Position numbers and translations under genes: made by a program
In this document: positions 60,519 through 64,000 of the stretch, one piece after another
Layout: the number at the start of each line of letters is the position of its first letter
How positions within the stretch are numbered: the stretch's first letter is position 1
Source of the DNA: Micavibrio sp.
GTDB lineage: Bacteria > Patescibacteriota > Minisyncoccia > Moranbacterales > GCA-2747515
Direction of reading: 5' to 3'
Assembly: GCA_020718085.1 (NCBI GenBank)
Contig: DYDB01000003.1
Span: 61,569 to 125,568, forward strand
Length of the DNA stretch: 64,000 nt
Notes under the pieces: generated by a model
Seen by the model: only the letters and a program-made list of their open reading frames with translations
What the model was told of the DNA's origin: nothing
The model's database searches: none

Positions 60519-60855
60519 TTGTACGTGCTGCAGGATAAGCTTTCAATCGATCAACATTGATCATTTCCCCCGTTTCCTCATCTGTGCCATATGTACCGTT
60601 TTCCATTTTTGTCAAAGCGTCGATCACATCCTTTAATTGTGTCTCCAGTGATTGTTCTATTGCAAGATTATTTACATATTGTTCTGCTTCTGTCGCATTT
60701 TCATCATCATGTTCACCGAGATCTTCCGGATACACTGTGGCATATTCCCCATCATGCTGTTTTTTTGCAAATCGCGAAAGCTCCCCTTCTAATTGTGCTT
60801 TCTCTGCAAGTAGCATGTCTTTTAGTTCTTGCATTGTTTTTTCATCAATAGTCAT
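60505..60855 (-). CDS. DksA/TraR family protein (no Cys)
   Basis: Coiled coil; ALTKMENGTYG.DEETGE.I..DRLKAYPAA. Confidence 0.85.
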   Translation of the reverse strand: MTIDEKTMQELKDMLLAEKAQLEGELSRFAKKQHDGEYATVYPEDLGEHDDENATEAEQYVNNLAIEQSLETQLKDVIDALTKMENGTYGTDEETGEMINVDRLKAYPAARTNVRA

Positions 60856-60971
60856 ATTTTTTAGTTAAAAGTTTAAAGTCTATAAAGCTCATAATGTTAC
60901 GAACGCAATGTTATTCCTCTATTTTTTGAACTCTGCAACATCTGTAGTGTACCAAATCAAATACATGCTGT

Positions 60972-61400
60972 CTAGAAATAGATACTTTCAATATGATTGA
61001 TCGAATGAACTTTTTGATCTTTCATTAGTATGGACAATGCATCAATGCGCCACGGATCTTGCCACAGATCAAAAGTTGTGATGTAACATTCTGCTATCCG
61101 TTGTAATTTACGCAGTTTTACTGGTGTAATCTGTTCCTCCGGCAAAACCACAGCATCATGCTCAATAATCACACGTGTTTTTACCTCCACAAAAACAATG
61201 GATCCATCTTTGGCTTGTGCCACAATATCAATTTCGCCCAATCTCTTACCTTTCGCATTGCACCAATTTCTGTGAAGTATTTTATAGCCTTGTTTTTTGA
61301 GATATTTTACAGCAAGGTTTTCCCCAAGTACGCCCACAGACTTTTTATTTTTTTGACATAGTTCTGTGATTTTATTTAAAATCACATTCATTTTTTGCAT
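60972..61400 (-). CDS. yraN: YraN family protein
   Basis: GVLGENLAVKYL..GYKIL.RN, GEIDIVA, VFVEVKTR, WRIDA. Confidence 0.92.
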   Translation of the reverse strand: MQKMNVILNKITELCQKNKKSVGVLGENLAVKYLKKQGYKILHRNWCNAKGKRLGEIDIVAQAKDGSIVFVEVKTRVIIEHDAVVLPEEQITPVKLRKLQRIAECYITTFDLWQDPWRIDALSILMKDQKVHSINHIESIYF

Positions 61401-61520
61401 AAGATAGAAATTTACGCTGCAGTACATGACGGTTCTTCGTATACATGACTCCATCAACACCTCACCAACTTATTAATGGTAACAATCAATTAATGCCTGG
61501 TCAATCATGCTTATATTTTC

Positions 61521-62112
61521 AAAACAAAAAACGCTTTTTACAGCGTTTTTTGTCAAACATTTTCCGGCGAATTTTCTTTGTTTCTCATCGAGAAATGTTT
61601 AGAAAGATTCACCGGGCACCAAGTGGCCCGAATAGTAAATAAAACTTGGGCATGGTGCCCGGTATAGTTCGCATGCACGAACATGTAACCTAATATGAAG
61701 TGGTCTCGCACCGGGTGAAGTATGCGATATACTTACGGGGTCAACATGTATTTTCTGTACATGCAATTGTGCAACAACATTCCCTTTTTATTCTGTTGTT
61801 ACTTCTTCCACCATCCTACGGTTTTAAACCCCAATTTGTTTAAAGAACGAATCCATTTAATTTTTTTATTTGTTTCAATGGACATTATCTCCAAGTTATT
61901 GAAAATAATATTTTTAATTTTTGTTTTTATAATTGCGAAGCGTGGGAAACTGAATTTGCTCCGCGTGTATCGATAATTTTATCAATACAGTAGGACAGGG
62001 GAAGGATTCCAATCACAAATAGGGGGAAATTGTGATTGGAAATTCTTCCTCCGTCTATATATAGTTTTTAAAGAAATGTCTCGGCTGTGCATATCTCTTG
62101 CCTCACACTTAC
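61521..62112 (-). ncRNA. Candidate large structured RNA (~590 nt)
   Basis: Promoter at 62119-62147, terminator at 61525-61552, at least eight hairpins, no long ORF on the minus strand. Confidence 0.6.
61799..61885 (-). CDS. 28-aa basic, Trp-rich small peptide inside the candidate RNA
   Basis: MSIETNKKIKWIRSLNKLGFKTVGWWKK, preceded closely by GGAG. Confidence 0.35.
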   Translation of the reverse strand: MSIETNKKIKWIRSLNKLGFKTVGWWKK

Positions 62113-62118
62113 AAAGTA

Positions 62119-62147
62119 ATTATAGCACATTTTTTACCCTCGGTCAA
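62119..62147 (-). promoter_or_regulatory. Near-consensus sigma70 promoter
   Basis: TTGACC-17 bp-(TG.)TATAAT. Confidence 0.75.
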
Positions 62148-62266
62148 AGCTCTCTCACGATTTTTGTTTTATATAAAAGGTTTTTATGTCCTATTGCACT
62201 TTAAATTCCACATATATGAAAAAACTCATTTTAAAAAAGAAATTTCTTTTTATTTTTTAATTTTAT

Positions 62267-62305
62267 TTATACACAGGTTATACACAAATACACAGGTTAT
62301 ACATA
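62267..62305 (+). promoter_or_regulatory. DnaA-box cluster
   Basis: TTATACACA at 62267 and 62278; AAATACACA at 62286; TTATACATA at 62297; adjacent AT-rich tract. Confidence 0.6.
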
Positions 62306-62336
62306 CACGTAGTATTTTTTGATGAACTTTTAATAC

Positions 62337-62365
62337 AAAAACACCTCCTTTGTGGAGGTGTTTTT
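62337..62365 (-). terminator. Intrinsic terminator
   Basis: aaaaacacctcc-tttgt-ggaggtgttttt. Confidence 0.8.
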
Positions 62366-62376
62366 ATCCTTTAAGA

Positions 62377-63501
62377 CTAATATGTGAATCCGGCAGGCTT
62401 ATCTTGTGCAATCGTTCCCTTTTTTATATCATCCAACATTGCGCGCAACGTGCTCTTTGATGTACCCAAAACAAAACGTTGATCGCTGATCGTATAGTCA
62501 ACAGAATATGTCTCTGCTGCATCTAGATTCGCATACCTAATCGCATATGTGTTATATGCGCTATCTTTAAAAACAACTGCAGTCGGTGCGGTATCCATGC
62601 CATCCAAGATAAGAGCAATGCCATTTGGAATGTCGTTTTCTTTGATCTTTAAATTATCTTGTAAAAGTTTCACATTTTTTATATCGATCGCAAAACCAAA
62701 ACGCACACCGTTTGTCGCATCCTTATAGGCATATATCTCAAAATTTTCTTCCAATGACGCCATAATCTCTTGCGGGATAGACAAACCGGCAGAGATTGCA
62801 AAGACATGAAACGATACAGGATTTTCCTTTTGATCTGTCACAATAAATGATATTGGTTCTTGAATATCTGATTGTTGTAAATTATTTTTGATCGTATTTA
62901 ATTCGGCAGCTATGTCATTTTTTGTTGTTTGACTCTCTACATCAAATGAAAAATAATTTGGCAGATCTTTAGAATATATCTCGGCATCTTTGATAACAGC
63001 TTGTTGCGTATCATCCACAGTAAATGGCTGTTCTTGTAACGTATCTTCAGTTACATCTGTCGTTCTCTGTCCCATGATCATATATCCGCCGAATGCAATT
63101 GCGCCAATAAGAAAAACGACAACAAATACGATCATTACAATATGCAATGTATTTTTTGATTGTTTTACTGGCATCGGGTTTTTAAGTGGTAGCGCTGCAT
63201 TTTTGGCAATATCACTTGGCGATTGATTGATCTTTTCAATTGGTGCGGCTTTTGGCCCACTCATAAATGTTTCTTTTTCTTTCTGCATCAATTGATCTTG
63301 TGTATCTAAAAATGGATTTACCTCTTCCTGTTTTTGTTTTGATTGTATGCTTTTGGCAAAAACTAGCTGTTCCTCTTTTGGTGTTGCGGTATCTGATTTT
63401 TTACTAATTGGCGGATTCAGTGTATCCTTTTTCATTGTATGCACCTCGAAAATGCGAGCTGCAATAGTTCCTTGATCATTTTGTTGTTTTTTGTTTTCCA
63501 T
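62377..63501 (-). CDS. Single-TM hypothetical protein
   Basis: Low-complexity N-terminus (HTMKKD), central TM, C-terminal FKDSAYNTYAIRYAN domain. Confidence 0.8.
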   Translation of the reverse strand: MENKKQQNDQGTIAARIFEVHTMKKDTLNPPISKKSDTATPKEEQLVFAKSIQSKQKQEEVNPFLDTQDQLMQKEKETFMSGPKAAPIEKINQSPSDIAKNAALPLKNPMPVKQSKNTLHIVMIVFVVVFLIGAIAFGGYMIMGQRTTDVTEDTLQEQPFTVDDTQQAVIKDAEIYSKDLPNYFSFDVESQTTKNDIAAELNTIKNNLQQSDIQEPISFIVTDQKENPVSFHVFAISAGLSIPQEIMASLEENFEIYAYKDATNGVRFGFAIDIKNVKLLQDNLKIKENDIPNGIALILDGMDTAPTAVVFKDSAYNTYAIRYANLDAAETYSVDYTISDQRFVLGTSKSTLRAMLDDIKKGTIAQDKPAGFTY

Positions 63502-63591
63502 ACATCACCCTTTAAAAGAAAAGACATTACGCGAATTGTAATGTCTTTATTATACACTATTTTGTGCAACTTCGAAATATCATCCTAATCT

Positions 63592-64000
63592 TCACATGGT
63601 TGATCTTTCAGGTTTTGGAAGCAAGGCTTTCATTGAGAGATTAACACGACCTTGTGAATCAATTTCTTTGACCTTTACGGTAACTTTATCTCCAATCTTT
63701 ACAACATCTTCTACTTTATTTACACGTTGGTGTGCAAGTTCGCTAATGTGTACCAAGCCATCTTTACCTGGAAGCACTTCTACAAATGCACCAAAATCCA
63801 TAATGCGCACAACCGTGCCTTCAAAAATTTCACCTGCCATAACTTCTCTTGTGAGATCATGAATGATCGACTGTGCCATTTTTCCACCTTCTGCTTCTGT
63901 AGCAGTAATGAAGACACTGCCATCATCTTCAATATCAATACTTACACCTGTGCGAGCAATGATGTCATTGATGACTTTGCCACCGGGTCCGATCACATCA
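63592..64000 (-). CDS. pnp: Polyribonucleotide nucleotidyltransferase, 3' part (KH and S1 domains)
   Basis: [33 protein letters not shown]; frame continues beyond the window. Confidence 0.95.
   Translation of the reverse strand, partial: DVIGPGGKVINDIIARTGVSIDIEDDGSVFITATEAEGGKMAQSIIHDLTREVMAGEIFEGTVVRIMDFGAFVEVLPGKDGLVHISELAHQRVNKVEDVVKIGDKVTVKVKEIDSQGRVNLSMKALLPKPERSTM

Noticed and set aside
60505-60855. Cys-less DksA and short UvrC as novelties
   Set aside because: Zn-independent DksA-like proteins and truncated UvrC are known variants in reduced genomes.
61722-61976. 84-aa plus-strand ORF (also 62098-62322 and 61445-61642)
   Set aside because: Low-complexity translations of AT-rich DNA, opposite the predicted promoter, with no SD or motifs.
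61521-62112. RNase P RNA, tmRNA, SRP RNA or intron as the identity of the large RNA
   Set aside because: No GAGGAAAGUCC P4 pair, tRNA-like ends with a tag ORF, or SRP loop recognised by eye; a covariance-model search is still needed.

Overview
AT-rich bacterial chromosome segment, with most genes on the minus strand. The gene content points to a Patescibacteria/CPR genome, probably Parcubacteria (Moranbacteria-like); this is inference from the short UvrC, the dimeric-type GlyRS, the Cys-less DksA-like protein and the surface proteins. Housekeeping genes include 2-oxoacid:ferredoxin oxidoreductase, xseAB, nth, uvrA, uvrC, pepA, glyQS, tgt, fba, gyrA, a Xer recombinase, pcrA, rsmA, comM, lspA, yraN and the 3' end of pnp. 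No rRNA, tRNA, CRISPR array, prophage or transposase was seen. The strongest signals are non-coding. (1) A ~590-nt, hairpin-rich transcript at 61.5-62.1 kb, bounded by a promoter and a terminator, has C-rich loops and only a 28-codon ORF. (2) A miniature glycine T-box riboswitch with an ultra-short Stem I sits upstream of glyQS. (3) A recurring CGGGUG/CACCCG motif links loops of candidate sRNAs to terminator-like leader hairpins, a possible trans-acting RNA attenuation network. One of those leaders heads (4) a four-gene candidate filament locus: a TasA-like subunit and a 2241-aa LamG/DUF2341 adhesin that share an A-x(3-4)-QNFT N-terminal motif, plus two accessory genes. Also present are unusual fusions (HRDC-XseA, HTH-Nramp) and orphan lipid-related enzymes (FabZ, a UbiA prenyltransferase).
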